From Vescimonas coprocola (GTDB lineage: Bacteria > Bacillota_I > Bacilli_A > RF39 > UBA660), in the NCBI GenBank assembly GCA_963660615.1, contig CAVKYE010000002.1, forward strand, positions 24,073 to 88,072: 64,000 bases of DNA, read 5' to 3'. Positions 7,955 through 18,162 of the stretch are shown one piece after another (the first letter of the stretch is position 1; every line of letters begins with the position of its first letter). A model generated the notes under the pieces. That model made no database searches, was not told the DNA's origin, and saw only the letters and a program-made list of their open reading frames with translations. The position numbers and the translations under genes were made by a program.

Positions 7955-10897
7955 ATGTATTTAAAAGAAATAAAAGCAAGTGGATTTAAATCATTCGCAG
8001 ACAAAACAACAATAAACCTATCAAAAGGCATAACTGGAATAGTCGGACCAAACGGTTCTGGAAAAAGTAACGTTGTCGACGCCATCAGATGGGTATTAGG
8101 AGAACAATCAGTAAAATCGCTTCGTGGAGATGGAAATATGACCGACGTAATATTCCAAGGAAGCAAAAGTAGAAACCCCATGAATATTGCATCAGTCACC
8201 CTAATTTTAAACAACGAAGATAAATACTTGCCCTTAGAATATGATGAAGTTGCCCTCAAAAGAAGAGTTTACAAAGATGGCACCAACGAATACTATCTAA
8301 ATGGTGAAAAAGTAAGATTAAAAGACATAACAAACCTTCTATTAGATAGTGGCATCGCCAAAGAAAGTTTCAACATCATATCACAAGGAAAAATCGAAGA
8401 AGTCATCAGCAGTAAACCAGAAGAAAGAAGAGTAATATTTGAAGAAGCCTCAGGCGTTTTAAAATACAAAAGAAGAAAAGAAGAAGCCATAAGAAAACTA
8501 GATAAAACCCATGATAACCTAAATAGAGTAGGAGATATCATAAAAGAACTAGAACCCCAAATAACCCCACTAAAAGAAGCTAAAGAAAAAGCCGAAGAAT
8601 ACCTAAAAGCCAAAGAAGAATTAGAAACCGTCGAAGTTGCCCTAATAACCGAAGACATAACAAACCTAAACACCAAATATTTAGAAAACAAAAACCAAAT
8701 AAACACCCTAGAAGACGAAATATTAAACCTAGAATCAAAAAACACCGCCACAGACACAAACGTAGTCAAACTAAAAACCGAAATCACATATCTAGAAAAC
8801 AAAATAAAAGAAAGTCAAAAAAACCTCCTAGAACTAACCACAAAAACAGAAAAACTCAACAGTACAAAAGCCATCATCATCGAAAGAAAAAACTACGAAG
8901 TAGAAGATACTAAACTCCACAACAAAATCATCGACCTAAACGAAAAGAAAAATAAATTAACAAATGAAATAGAATCAGAAGAAACAGACATCATAAACAT
9001 AAATAAAGAAATCCAAAAAGAAGAAGAAAAAGAAACCAAAATACAAACTACTCTAAAAACCATAAAAGAAACAAAAAGCCAAATAAATCAGACCCTATCA
9101 AAAACCATAAGAACCAAACAAACATTAGAATATAAAAAAGAAACACTAAAACAAAACATCGAAAATGGAAGCCTGCTCCCAATAGGAGTAAAAAGCGTAT
9201 TAAATAATCCTAAATTAACAGGAATCCATAACACCCTAGGAAACCTAATTGAAACCGAAGAAAAATACGCAACCGCCATCTCTACAATCCTAGGTTACTC
9301 ATCTAATAACATAATAGTAGATGATGAAGAAACCGCCAAAGAAGCCATCAATTCAATCAAACAAGTAGGAAGAGCCACATTCTATCCATTAAACATCATA
9401 AAACCCAAATACATAGATAATAATGTTTTAGAAATAATAAATCATGAGCCCTACTTCATCTGTGTAGCCAGTGACCTTGTTAAAACCGAAAAAATATACA
9501 CCAACATCATCCTAAACCAACTAGGAAACGCATTAGTAACAGATGACATAAATAACGCCATAAAATTAAGCAAAAAAATAAACCATCGTTACAAAATAGC
9601 CACTACAAATGGTGAAATAATAAACCCAGGTGGATCATTAACTGGAGGAAAACAAAACAAAAAAGGAAACACCATCCAAGAAAAATATGAACTAGAAAAT
9701 ATTATAAATCAAATAAACACCTTAGAAAAAACCATCAAAGAAAAAGAAAATCAAATAAATGAAAGCGACTACAAAGAAAAATCAGAAGAAGACAAAATAT
9801 ATCTAATTCAAAAAGAAATTATGTTAAAAAAAGAAACCATCAAAAGAAAACAAAAAAACATAACCACCCTAAAAGACGAACTAGAAAAAGTAAATCTAGA
9901 CTTAAGAGGTACAAATAACCTTCTAAATGGTACTTTATCAAAAGAAGAAGAAGACATCATCGAAAAATACTACGAAAGCATCAAACAAAAAGAAGCCGAA
10001 GAAAAAAAACTAGATATCCTAAACAATCAAAAAGAAGAACTAACAGAAAATCTAGAAGAAGCCGAAATGATTTCCAAAAAAGAAAACAGCCAGTACAACA
10101 CCAAAACAAAAGAACTAAAAGAATTAGAAATCATAACCAATCGTCTAGATGTCAAATTAGATAATCTTCTAAATACCCTAAGCGAAACATATAGTATCAC
10201 CTATGAAAAAGCCAAAGCAAACTATAAACTAGAAATAGAATATAACGAAGCCAAAACCAAAGTAAACAGCCTAAAAAGAAAAATCAAAGACCTAGGCATC
10301 GTCAATCTAGCCGCCAAAGAAGAATACGAAAGAGTAAGCGAAAGATATAACTTCCTATTAAAACAAACAACTGATCTTAAAGACGCCGAAGCCACCTTAC
10401 TCGAAATCATAAACGAAATGGATAAAATCATGGTAAAAGACTTCAAAGAAACCTTTCAAATAATAAATAGTCACTTTGAAGAAACATTTAAAGAACTATT
10501 CAAAGGAGGTAAAGCAAGTCTAAAACTAACAGAACCATCAAACATGCTAGAAACTGGAATCGAAATAATTGCCAGCCCACCAGGCAAAAAACTAAGTACC
10601 ATTTCTCTACTATCAGGAGGAGAAAAAACCCTAACCGCCATCAGCCTATTATTTGCCATCATAAAATCAAGACCCGCCCCATTTTGCGTCTTAGACGAAG
10701 TAGAAGCTGCCTTAGACGAAGCCAACGTCGACGCCTTTGGAGAATACGTAACCAAACTTAAAACATTATCACAATTCATCATAATCACCCATAAGAAAAA
10801 GACAATGGAATACGCCGACATACTATACGGAATAACCATGCAAGAATCAGGCGTCAGCAAACTAGTAAGTGTAAAACTAGAAGATATAGAAAAGTAA
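7955..10897 (+). CDS. smc: chromosome segregation protein SMC
   Basis: 980 aa with Walker A GPNGSGKSN, long coiled coils around a hinge, signature LSGGEKTLTAISLLFA and Walker B FCVLDEVEAALD. Confidence 0.97.
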   Translation: MYLKEIKASGFKSFADKTTINLSKGITGIVGPNGSGKSNVVDAIRWVLGEQSVKSLRGDGNMTDVIFQGSKSRNPMNIASVTLILNNEDKYLPLEYDEVALKRRVYKDGTNEYYLNGEKVRLKDITNLLLDSGIAKESFNIISQGKIEEVISSKPEERRVIFEEASGVLKYKRRKEEAIRKLDKTHDNLNRVGDIIKELEPQITPLKEAKEKAEEYLKAKEELETVEVALITEDITNLNTKYLENKNQINTLEDEILNLESKNTATDTNVVKLKTEITYLENKIKESQKNLLELTTKTEKLNSTKAIIIERKNYEVEDTKLHNKIIDLNEKKNKLTNEIESEETDIININKEIQKEEEKETKIQTTLKTIKETKSQINQTLSKTIRTKQTLEYKKETLKQNIENGSLLPIGVKSVLNNPKLTGIHNTLGNLIETEEKYATAISTILGYSSNNIIVDDEETAKEAINSIKQVGRATFYPLNIIKPKYIDNNVLEIINHEPYFICVASDLVKTEKIYTNIILNQLGNALVTDDINNAIKLSKKINHRYKIATTNGEIINPGGSLTGGKQNKKGNTIQEKYELENIINQINTLEKTIKEKENQINESDYKEKSEEDKIYLIQKEIMLKKETIKRKQKNITTLKDELEKVNLDLRGTNNLLNGTLSKEEEDIIEKYYESIKQKEAEEKKLDILNNQKEELTENLEEAEMISKKENSQYNTKTKELKELEIITNRLDVKLDNLLNTLSETYSITYEKAKANYKLEIEYNEAKTKVNSLKRKIKDLGIVNLAAKEEYERVSERYNFLLKQTTDLKDAEATLLEIINEMDKIMVKDFKETFQIINSHFEETFKELFKGGKASLKLTEPSNMLETGIEIIASPPGKKLSTISLLSGGEKTLTAISLLFAIIKSRPAPFCVLDEVEAALDEANVDAFGEYVTKLKTLSQFIIITHKKKTMEYADILYGITMQESGVSKLVSVKLEDIEK

Positions 10898-10976
10898 ACA
10901 CTTACTTTTTTTGTAATCAAATGTCGAAAACCTATAAAACAATAAAAAAATATTGTACTATAATTTTGGTGATAAT

Positions 10977-11783
10977 ATGACATTAGAAATAAAAGGAAAA
11001 GAATATAAAATAAACTATCAAGAAAGCTTAAACAAATATCAAAAAGAAATAAATAAACAAAACCCAAGCATCAAAGAAAACTTCAAAAAATATAAAATAA
11101 AAGAATTTACCCTAAAAAGCAAAAACAAAATAGTCACATATGAAATAAACGGGATCCCCCACGCAATAATCACAAATAAAAGCATCAAAGAAAAAATCAT
11201 AGAAAAACTAAACCCTAAAAAAGATATAGAAAATCAAATAGAAGATATTCTTTCAAAAGAAAGCAATAAAATATTAAAAACCGAAACCATCATAAATAGT
11301 GGCAAACTAACCATCGAAAAAGCTGACATACTAAGAATCATTAAAACAAAAGCCGAAACAGAAGCCGCCTTTTGGGTAAACACAAACAACAAACAGATAA
11401 AAGGTATAGTATTAATAAACAATATTTGCTGGAAACCAGTAGTAATTCATTCATTAAACTTAAACAAAATAGACGATATAGAATTTCCCAAAGAAAGAAG
11501 TATAAACCCAAACGAAGCCAAACTATTAAACGATAATCTAATAAACATATACCTAAACCTAATAAAATATAAAACACTCACCCAAGACCAAGTCATACTA
11601 ATAGATAAATGCGACGAAGAAAATATCCCAAACACCCTAAAACCTCTATATAAAGAAATAATAAACTTATACCAAAAAAGAAAAACAAAAAACGCCTACA
11701 TCGAAGCCGCATTAATAATTTTCCTAAGTGGTCTCTTAACAGGAACCATCATAATCACTATATTTAAACTTACAATAATATAA
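10977..11783 (+). CDS. hypothetical protein with C-terminal TM anchor
   Basis: Start moved to the ATG that follows a GGTGAT SD (MTLEIKGKEY). C-terminal helix AALIIFLSGLLTGTIIITIF. No family recognised. Confidence 0.45.
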   Translation: MTLEIKGKEYKINYQESLNKYQKEINKQNPSIKENFKKYKIKEFTLKSKNKIVTYEINGIPHAIITNKSIKEKIIEKLNPKKDIENQIEDILSKESNKILKTETIINSGKLTIEKADILRIIKTKAETEAAFWVNTNNKQIKGIVLINNICWKPVVIHSLNLNKIDDIEFPKERSINPNEAKLLNDNLINIYLNLIKYKTLTQDQVILIDKCDEENIPNTLKPLYKEIINLYQKRKTKNAYIEAALIIFLSGLLTGTIIITIFKLTII

Positions 11784-11823
11784 ACCAAAAGAATCTAGAA
11801 TTCTTTTTCTTTTAAAAAAAATA

Positions 11824-11832
11824 TGATATAAT
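11824..11832 (+). promoter_or_regulatory. extended -10 promoter element (TGaTATAAT)
   Basis: tgatataat lies 19 nt upstream of the ABC-F start codon. Confidence 0.5.
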
Positions 11833-11850
11833 CAATAAGCAGGTGATAAA

Positions 11851-13443
11851 ATGTTACAAGTAAAAAATGTTAGTTTAAGATTTGGCAGTAGAGTATTATT
11901 TGAAGACGTAAACCTAGAATTCAAAGATGACAACTGCTATGGAATAATCGGTGCCAACGGAGCTGGAAAAAGTACTTTTTTAAAAATACTAGAAGGAATA
12001 GTAGAAACAACCAAAGGAGAAGTAATAAAAGATAAACACGAAAGACTTTCATTCTTAAAGCAAAACCACAACGTTTACGACGAATATACCGTACTCCAAA
12101 CCGTCATAATGGGAAACGAAAAACTATATAATATCATGAAAGAAAAAGATGCCCTATATATGAAAGAAGACTTCACAAATGAAGATGGCATAAAAGTAGG
12201 AAAGCTAGAAGCAGAGTTCGAAGCTATGGGTGGCTGGGAATCAGAAAGCGATGCCGCCATTCTTCTAAATGGACTTGGTTTAAATAGCGAATTTCACGAA
12301 AAACAAATGAAAGAACTAAAAGAAAAAGACAAAGTCAAAGTCCTACTCGCATCCGCACTTTTTGGAAAACCAGATATATTACTACTAGACGAACCAACCA
12401 ATGGACTTGATATCAAAAGCAAAATGTGGCTAGAAGACTTTCTCATAAACTTCAAAGGAACCGTTATCCTAGTATCCCACGATAGACACTTTTTAAACAC
12501 CGTATGCACCCACATGGTAGACATCGATAGAGAAAGAATAAAAATGACAATTGGTAACTACGACTTCTGGTATCAATCAAATGAATTAATGCAAAAACAA
12601 ATAAAAGACTCAAACAAGAAAAAAGAAGAAAAAATAAAAGAATTGCAAACATTCATAGCTAGATTCTCCGCCAACGCTTCAAAATCAAAACAAGCAACAT
12701 CAAGAAAAAAACTTCTAGAAAAAATAGAACTAGACGAACTAAAACCATCATCAAGAAAATACCCATATATAAACTTTGAATACGAAAAACGCCTAGGCAA
12801 AGAAATAATTCATTTAAGAAAAATAAACGTAAATATAAAAGGCAAGCAAATTCTAAAAGACTTTAGTATAACCATAAGAAAAGAAGATAAAATAGCCCTA
12901 ATCGGCGAAAACGAAATAGCCAAAACAACCCTATTCAAAGTATTAACCGGTGAAATAATTCCCGACAGTGGTGAAATAAAAATAGGTTCAACCGTAATAA
13001 TGTCATATTTTCCCAAAAACCATGACAAATATTTTAAAACAAACGAAAACCTAGTAGAATTTCTAAGAAAATATTCAGAAAACAAAGAAGATAGTTTTGT
13101 AAGAGGATTTTTAGGAAGAATGCTTTTCTCTGGTGAAGAATCCTTAAAAAACATAAATGTCCTATCAGGCGGCGAAAAAGTTAGACTAATGTTTTCAAAA
13201 ATGATGATGAATAAAGGAAACATCCTACTATTAGACGAACCAACAAACCACCTAGACATTGAATCAATAACTTCATTAAATAATGCCCTAACAAAGTTTG
13301 ATGGTCCAATAATAATTGCTACTTACGATACCGAATTAATTGAAACAATTTCAAATAGACTAATATACATAGAAAAAGATGGAACATATATAGATAAACA
13401 AATGAACTATGAAGACTTCCTCTTAAAATATGACAAAAAATAA
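11851..13443 (+). CDS. ABC-F family ATPase (no TM domain, two ABC cassettes)
   Basis: NBD1 has Walker A GANGAGKST and Walker B LLLDEPTNGLD. A K/E-rich linker follows. NBD2 has signature LSGGEKVRL and Walker B LLLDEPTNHLD. One composite ATP site looks degenerate (see findings). Confidence 0.9.
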   Translation: MLQVKNVSLRFGSRVLFEDVNLEFKDDNCYGIIGANGAGKSTFLKILEGIVETTKGEVIKDKHERLSFLKQNHNVYDEYTVLQTVIMGNEKLYNIMKEKDALYMKEDFTNEDGIKVGKLEAEFEAMGGWESESDAAILLNGLGLNSEFHEKQMKELKEKDKVKVLLASALFGKPDILLLDEPTNGLDIKSKMWLEDFLINFKGTVILVSHDRHFLNTVCTHMVDIDRERIKMTIGNYDFWYQSNELMQKQIKDSNKKKEEKIKELQTFIARFSANASKSKQATSRKKLLEKIELDELKPSSRKYPYINFEYEKRLGKEIIHLRKINVNIKGKQILKDFSITIRKEDKIALIGENEIAKTTLFKVLTGEIIPDSGEIKIGSTVIMSYFPKNHDKYFKTNENLVEFLRKYSENKEDSFVRGFLGRMLFSGEESLKNINVLSGGEKVRLMFSKMMMNKGNILLLDEPTNHLDIESITSLNNALTKFDGPIIIATYDTELIETISNRLIYIEKDGTYIDKQMNYEDFLLKYDKK

Positions 13444-13468
13444 ACTTAAGGAAACCCCTTAAGTTTTT
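13444..13468. terminator. bidirectional intrinsic terminator between convergent genes
   Basis: Stem acttaagg / ccttaagt flanked by an A run and a T run. Confidence 0.65.
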
Positions 13469-15206
13469 AATTATTAAAATATACAAATTTATTAAGTTTA
13501 TAAACCACACCATTTATCTTAATATAAATATAATACTTACCATTTAGTCCAGTCTCATTAATATAAGTCTCAGTCTTAATTTTCGCATTATCCCCATTTT
13601 TATCATCTTTAATATATGGTGTATCCGAAATCTTAACATCATAAGTTTTTTTATCAAGAATATTGTCTAAAATAATTTGAACATCATCACTTTTCTTAAA
13701 CGTTCCAGTAACCGTAAGCCTATTAACATCCTTATATAACTTCAAGTCATATTTAGAATAAATAGAATCAGATGTTTTATGGAAAAATACACTGTGATTA
13801 ATAGCTAAATCACTTTCTGGTAAAATACCAACTCTATTTCCAGCACCGCTAGTAAAAGAATCACCCGCATAAACATTAAGTAACTTCGCACTATATAAAG
13901 AAGAAGAAACATTCAAAACATCCAAAACCGAGTCAGAATAAACGCTAACCTTACTTCCTTGACTAATCACAAATCCCAAATCTTTATTATAAGATAAACT
14001 GCCATCACCACTAGAGCCCAAATCAATATCTAAAACCATATAAGCATTTTTACCATCAATTTTATATTCAATCAAATGATTAGAACTATCTCTATTAATA
14101 AAAGCAATACCATCATCAGTCTGAATAACCGTTTCTGGATTCTTAGGATACACAAAATCATCATCAGTCTTTAATAAATATTTCTTATACTTTTTAGATA
14201 CACTGTCAGAAGAAGCAATAATATAATTAATCTCTCCACTAGTATAATCAATATTCATAATAAAATTTTTCTTACCACCACTTACAGTAATTGAATTAGT
14301 CTTAGCATCATAAAAAAGTCCATTTAAACCAAACCAATCATAACCAGAATCATTTGGCATCAAATTATATAAATCAAATTTCTTTATAATCTCACCAGTA
14401 GACCTATCAATTTCAACAATATAATCTTCAACCGTTCCACCTTCAAAATTATTAGAAGCAACTAAAAGATTACCACTAGAAAGTTCATAAACACAATGAT
14501 GATATCCTCCAGAAACATTATATTCTGTATAAATTTTACCAAGCAGATCAATTTCCACTAAAGAATCAGAATAATAAGGCTTATTTACTAAACTATCACC
14601 ACTAAGTAAAATATGACCGTTAGAAAGCCTTGTAAACTCCCAACCATAATTTTTAAGTAAAACCCATCTTACATTACCATTTCTATCATAAGCAATAGGG
14701 TAATTAAAATCACTATATGTCGTAAAATAAAAATCATCAGTATCCAAAGAAGAAGTACTAGAAGCATTTTTAATACCATCAGGCAAAGCCTTAGTCTTAA
14801 TCTTTAAAGTCTTACTCTCATCACCCGTAGAAATAATAACCGTATTATTGTAATCCGCATAAAGCCCATAAACTGGAATCAAATGCAACTTAGAAGGAAT
14901 AAATGTATTAACAATATCATTATCATCATCCCTTCCCTTAACAGTCAAAGTAACGCTCGTTAAATCCTTAGTCTCAAAAACAACCAAAGCCGTAAGAGGA
15001 GAAACCCCATATGGATCCAAAACAACATTAGGATTATCAATTGTATAATCCGTACTACTTAAAAAAGCATTTTCTTGATTTGATTGAATAGTCAAAACAT
15101 CATCATAAGTATCAACCGAAGTAAAAGATTCAACATAATTATAAATCAAAATAGAAGTAAGACAAGTAACCAAAATCAAAATAATATATTTATATTTACT
15201 TTTCAT
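13467..15206 (-). CDS. arylsulfate sulfotransferase (ASST)-like secreted beta-propeller protein
   Basis: N-terminal TM/signal, DPYGVSPLTALVVFET near the N-terminus, and repeated blade-like segments with YHHCVYEL. Family assignment from motif recall. Confidence 0.6.
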   Translation of the reverse strand: MKSKYKYIILILVTCLTSILIYNYVESFTSVDTYDDVLTIQSNQENAFLSSTDYTIDNPNVVLDPYGVSPLTALVVFETKDLTSVTLTVKGRDDDNDIVNTFIPSKLHLIPVYGLYADYNNTVIISTGDESKTLKIKTKALPDGIKNASSTSSLDTDDFYFTTYSDFNYPIAYDRNGNVRWVLLKNYGWEFTRLSNGHILLSGDSLVNKPYYSDSLVEIDLLGKIYTEYNVSGGYHHCVYELSSGNLLVASNNFEGGTVEDYIVEIDRSTGEIIKKFDLYNLMPNDSGYDWFGLNGLFYDAKTNSITVSGGKKNFIMNIDYTSGEINYIIASSDSVSKKYKKYLLKTDDDFVYPKNPETVIQTDDGIAFINRDSSNHLIEYKIDGKNAYMVLDIDLGSSGDGSLSYNKDLGFVISQGSKVSVYSDSVLDVLNVSSSLYSAKLLNVYAGDSFTSGAGNRVGILPESDLAINHSVFFHKTSDSIYSKYDLKLYKDVNRLTVTGTFKKSDDVQIILDNILDKKTYDVKISDTPYIKDDKNGDNAKIKTETYINETGLNGKYYIYIKINGVVYKLNKFVYFNN

Positions 15207-15214
15207 AAATCCTC

Positions 15215-15763
15215 CTATATAAGCCTAATCTCATCTTCAGAAAAGAAAGGTTTCTTCTTATTAATCTTATCAAAAAATAAAATACCATTTAAATGATCAA
15301 TCTCGTGTTGAAAAGCAACCGCAAGTTCCTCACGTACTCTAAACGAAATCCTATTACCATCAGGGTCAAAACCATTAACAGTAACCCTCGCAAACCTAGG
15401 AACATGGCCTTCAACCTCACGGTTCACACTCAAGCATCCTTCACCAGTTTCCAAAGCAACCATCTCTAAAGAATGACTAACAATCTTCGGATTTATAACA
15501 ACATAATTCTCAAACTTTCCTTCCTCATATTCATAAACAATAACAATAATACGTTTAAGCATTCCAAGTTGTGGAAAAGCAAGGCCCATACCAGGACGAA
15601 GCTTATATTTATCACTCATTTTGGGAATCTGACTATAAGTAAGTTGCTTAATAATTCTATCAATAGTATCTTTATCTTCCTTAGATAAAGGTAAACTAAC
15701 TTCTTTACTAATCTCCCTAAGTACCTTATGCTTCTCATCTAAAATCTTAAGCTCTTTAAACAT
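15215..15763 (-). CDS. def: peptide deformylase
   Basis: The three deformylase motifs are present: GMGLAFPQLG, EGCLS and HEIDHLNG. Confidence 0.95.
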   Translation of the reverse strand: MFKELKILDEKHKVLREISKEVSLPLSKEDKDTIDRIIKQLTYSQIPKMSDKYKLRPGMGLAFPQLGMLKRIIVIVYEYEEGKFENYVVINPKIVSHSLEMVALETGEGCLSVNREVEGHVPRFARVTVNGFDPDGNRISFRVREELAVAFQHEIDHLNGILFFDKINKKKPFFSEDEIRLI

Positions 15764-15871
15764 TCTATCACATCCATATCTACTATTTTATCACATTTCA
15801 TCTTTAAAATAAAAGCAAAACATACGAAATAACTCAACGTATTATATATTATGAGTAAATAAATGTCAAAT

Positions 15872-15907
15872 TCAAAAACAAAAACCTAAGTGATTTTCAC
15901 CTAGGTT
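15872..15907 (-). terminator. intrinsic terminator downstream of the yjcZ-like C-terminal fragment
   Basis: On the minus strand: stem aacctaggtg / cacttaggtt (one mismatch), then TTTTTGTTTTTG. Confidence 0.6.
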
Positions 15908-15911
15908 CTCT

Positions 15912-16049
15912 TTAATTATTACTACCAAAAGATCTTGCCCCAATAATAATAACTAATAAAATAAATAAAACAAGAACAATAGCAGCACCATATCCAGTAC
16001 CATAATTAGCACTACCATAAGGCACTCCACATCCATATGCTTGTATATA
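15912..16049 (-). pseudogene. C-terminal part of a split YjcZ-type tiny sporulation membrane protein
   Basis: The minus-strand frame reads YIQAYGCGVPYGSANYGTGYGAAIVLVLFILLVIIIGARSFGSNN*. It has no start codon of its own and begins inside the left junction repeat. The Gly/Tyr-rich stretch followed by a ...VLFILLVIIIG helix matches the YjcZ family pattern. Confidence 0.6.
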
Positions 16050-16064
16050 CCTTAGGCGTAGAAA
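16035..16064. repeat. left junction (attL-like), 30 bp
   Basis: atatgcttgtatataccttaggcgtagaaa is the exact reverse complement of 29962-29991. Palindromic core gtatatac at 16043-16050. Confidence 0.8.
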
Positions 16065-16065
16065 G

Positions 16066-17081
16066 TGAAATCTTATAAAGGGCTTATAATACAGGGCAAA
16101 AATAGAAAATCGAAAAAAATTGTTTGGGCAAAAAATCGCAGTTGTTTCAAATTCTTTTTTTGTTTTGGTTGTAAAAATATCTAAAAGTTCTTTTCTAAGC
16201 TCTTCGTTAGTTGTTATATGATGAATAGCTTGCTTAAAGTGGAACTCACAAAAATATTTTCTATTTTATCAAAGTCATATTTTTATTATAAAACATTGAC
16301 AATTTGTTCCCACGGATTACTACCATATACAGTCTTTACTGTTTTGTTTTTTCAAAGCATTTCTATGCTTTCCAACTTTTTCTACGCCTTCAAAAGCAAT
16401 CATACATTTAGCCATTATATCATTTTCTAAATCTTGGCAGCCTAAAAACTTTTCATCAGCCATTACATAAAGTGTTTTAGGAGTATCTACTGGTTCATAA
16501 ACAGATTTTGGTGCTTTCCATTCGTTAAGCCAATTATAAATCGATTGCCTAGAAATATGGAGTAATTTTCTATCTAAGCATAGCTCTTTTAAAGTACTTA
16601 TTTGTTCACCAGTTTCTCTCCCAGCTTTAGCTTGATCAAGAGAAACTGCTTTATCAATCGCCATACCTTTAACGATAGGATCATAATGGTCATATTTGGG
16701 CAGTCCAAAAACATAATCGATGAAAAATAATTTAGATTTATTTAGTTTGGAAACATAATAATTTCTATTAAATGTTATCTCTCCAAAAGGGGTAACTAAA
16801 GTTCTTCTTACCTTGGATTTATTGATATAGTACTTTGCTTTTCTTTCGTGTGACATTGAGTACGCATTATCAATTTCTTCAAAGGTATCAACTAATACTT
16901 TTAATATCAAATTGCGTGTTTGTTCTTGTATTGTAGATACTAGCGAAAAATATTTGTTTGAGTTATCCACCATCGTAAGTGACTTAATTATTTCGTTGAC
17001 AAAAGCATCAGTAATTGATAAGATGTTTTCTTTCAATCTTTTTTTTAATAAATTTTGACAAAAATGTGGTATACTATTCAT
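16066..17081 (-). pseudogene. ISLre2/UPF0236-family transposase remnant (truncated or frameshifted)
   Basis: The 253-aa ORF 16320-17081 (..TLVTPFGEITFNRNYY.., ..LYVMADEKF..) resembles the N-terminal half of UPF0236/ISLre2 transposases. A further open, Met-less frame (CEFHFKQAIHHITTNEELRKELLDIF...) continues to the element edge. Full-length relatives are about 450 aa. Confidence 0.55.
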
Positions 17082-17215
17082 GGAAAAACCTTCTTTCGTG
17101 TAATTTTTTTGGTGAAAATATTATATCAGGTTTTTCCTTTTTTTGTATTCCGAAACTATTTTACACTATCACAAATGATATAAATTTTGAATATATTAAA
17201 ACTTTTGATAAAATA

Positions 17216-17563
17216 ATGATTGAAAGATTTTATACTAATTCAAAAATTTTATATCCATATATTGAAGACATAATTAATAGATATAATGTCAATATTTTAA
17301 AATTTAATATCGATAATAAGAATGACGTGGATATGTTGTTCGACTTATTAAGATGTGCTGTAACATCAAATTGTTCTGAATTGGATTTTTTATACCAATT
17401 ATATGGAGACATAGAGGATTTAAAAAAGCAAAAATCTGGAGATGAGTATTATATTTTTACCGACTATAAAATAAAATGGAGAATTGCTTTCAAGGAAATG
17501 GACAAAAAGTATAGTGCTTGTGAGATGATTTTAGGAATAAATAATTTGAAGAAAAAAGAGTAG
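17216..17563 (+). CDS. hypothetical protein
   Basis: An internal ATG was chosen because the upstream part of the track ORF overlaps the transposase remnant. No motif recognised and the SD is weak. Confidence 0.35.
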   Translation: MIERFYTNSKILYPYIEDIINRYNVNILKFNIDNKNDVDMLFDLLRCAVTSNCSELDFLYQLYGDIEDLKKQKSGDEYYIFTDYKIKWRIAFKEMDKKYSACEMILGINNLKKKE

Positions 17564-17575
17564 GATGAGGGGGAA

Positions 17576-17827
17576 ATGAATTATATAGATGTTTTGCGTG
17601 AGATTACAAATATTACAATGTGTACGTCGATAACACTTTTAATTATTTTGTTGTATAAAGTATTGTTTTTAGATTATTTAGATAGACACAAAGTATTAAA
17701 TAAGATTATCGATAACCTATTTGCGCTTTTAATTATTTTAGACGTTTTCTCAATGATTTTTATAGTGGCTTTTCCAAATGTGATTTCAGTAGTTAATAGT
17801 TTGTTTGAAAAAATATTTAATTTGTAG
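17576..17827 (+). CDS. hypothetical small membrane protein
   Basis: SD gagggggaa upstream. Two hydrophobic helices (ITMCTSITLLIILLYKVLFL and LFALLIILDVFSMIFIVAF). Confidence 0.4.
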   Translation: MNYIDVLREITNITMCTSITLLIILLYKVLFLDYLDRHKVLNKIIDNLFALLIILDVFSMIFIVAFPNVISVVNSLFEKIFNL

Positions 17828-17974
17828 TCAAAATGAAAAAATATTATTTTATTAGTTTTGCGTAGAATAGGTATGGGATTCTTCCTCCAAAAAATAAGGT
17901 TTATACTTTAAGTCATTGTGATATAAAGCAAAGAATAGTCAAAATTTCCGTGATTATAATGCATTAAAAATGTA

Positions 17975-18003
17975 TTGACAATTAATCAAATCGATGTTAG
18001 TAT
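17975..18003 (+). promoter_or_regulatory. sigma-A type promoter of the cargo operon
   Basis: TTGACA (17975-17980), a 17-nt spacer, then TAGTAT (17998-18003). Confidence 0.5.
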
Positions 18004-18039
18004 ATTTACATTGGTGGAAAATCATCAATGAGGTGAAAT

Positions 18040-18138
18040 ATGATAAATAGTGATGAGAAATTTATGATATGTTTTGATTATATATTATTTAGCGATAATA
18101 ATAAATTTTTACTGACTAAAAAAAATGAGAGCAATTAA
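18040..18138 (+). CDS. candidate 32-codon leader ORF (MINSDEKFMICFDYILFSDNNKFLLTKKNESN)
   Basis: GAGGTG SD 5 nt upstream. The stop codon lies inside the 5' arm of the downstream terminator stem. Confidence 0.3.
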   Translation: MINSDEKFMICFDYILFSDNNKFLLTKKNESN

Positions 18139-18162
18139 CTTTAGGGTTGATTGTCTCTTTTT
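18127..18162 (+). terminator. leader terminator/attenuator upstream of the cargo operon
   Basis: gagaGcaattaact-ttag-gggttgattgtctc forms about 13 bp with one bulge and two G-U pairs. It is followed by TTTTT and lies 19 nt before the operon ATG. Confidence 0.5.

Noticed and set aside
16218-16430. The plus-strand 70-aa ORF inside the transposase remnant.
   Set aside because: It lies opposite or adjacent to transposase-derived sequence and has no SD and no motif.
18040-18138. The 32-aa ORF as a RiPP precursor peptide for the downstream enzymes.
   Set aside because: There is no recognisable maturase (cyclodehydratase, lanthionine synthetase, classical radical SAM/SPASM), leader peptidase or exporter. 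Its stop codon is embedded in a terminator stem, which fits a regulatory leader better.
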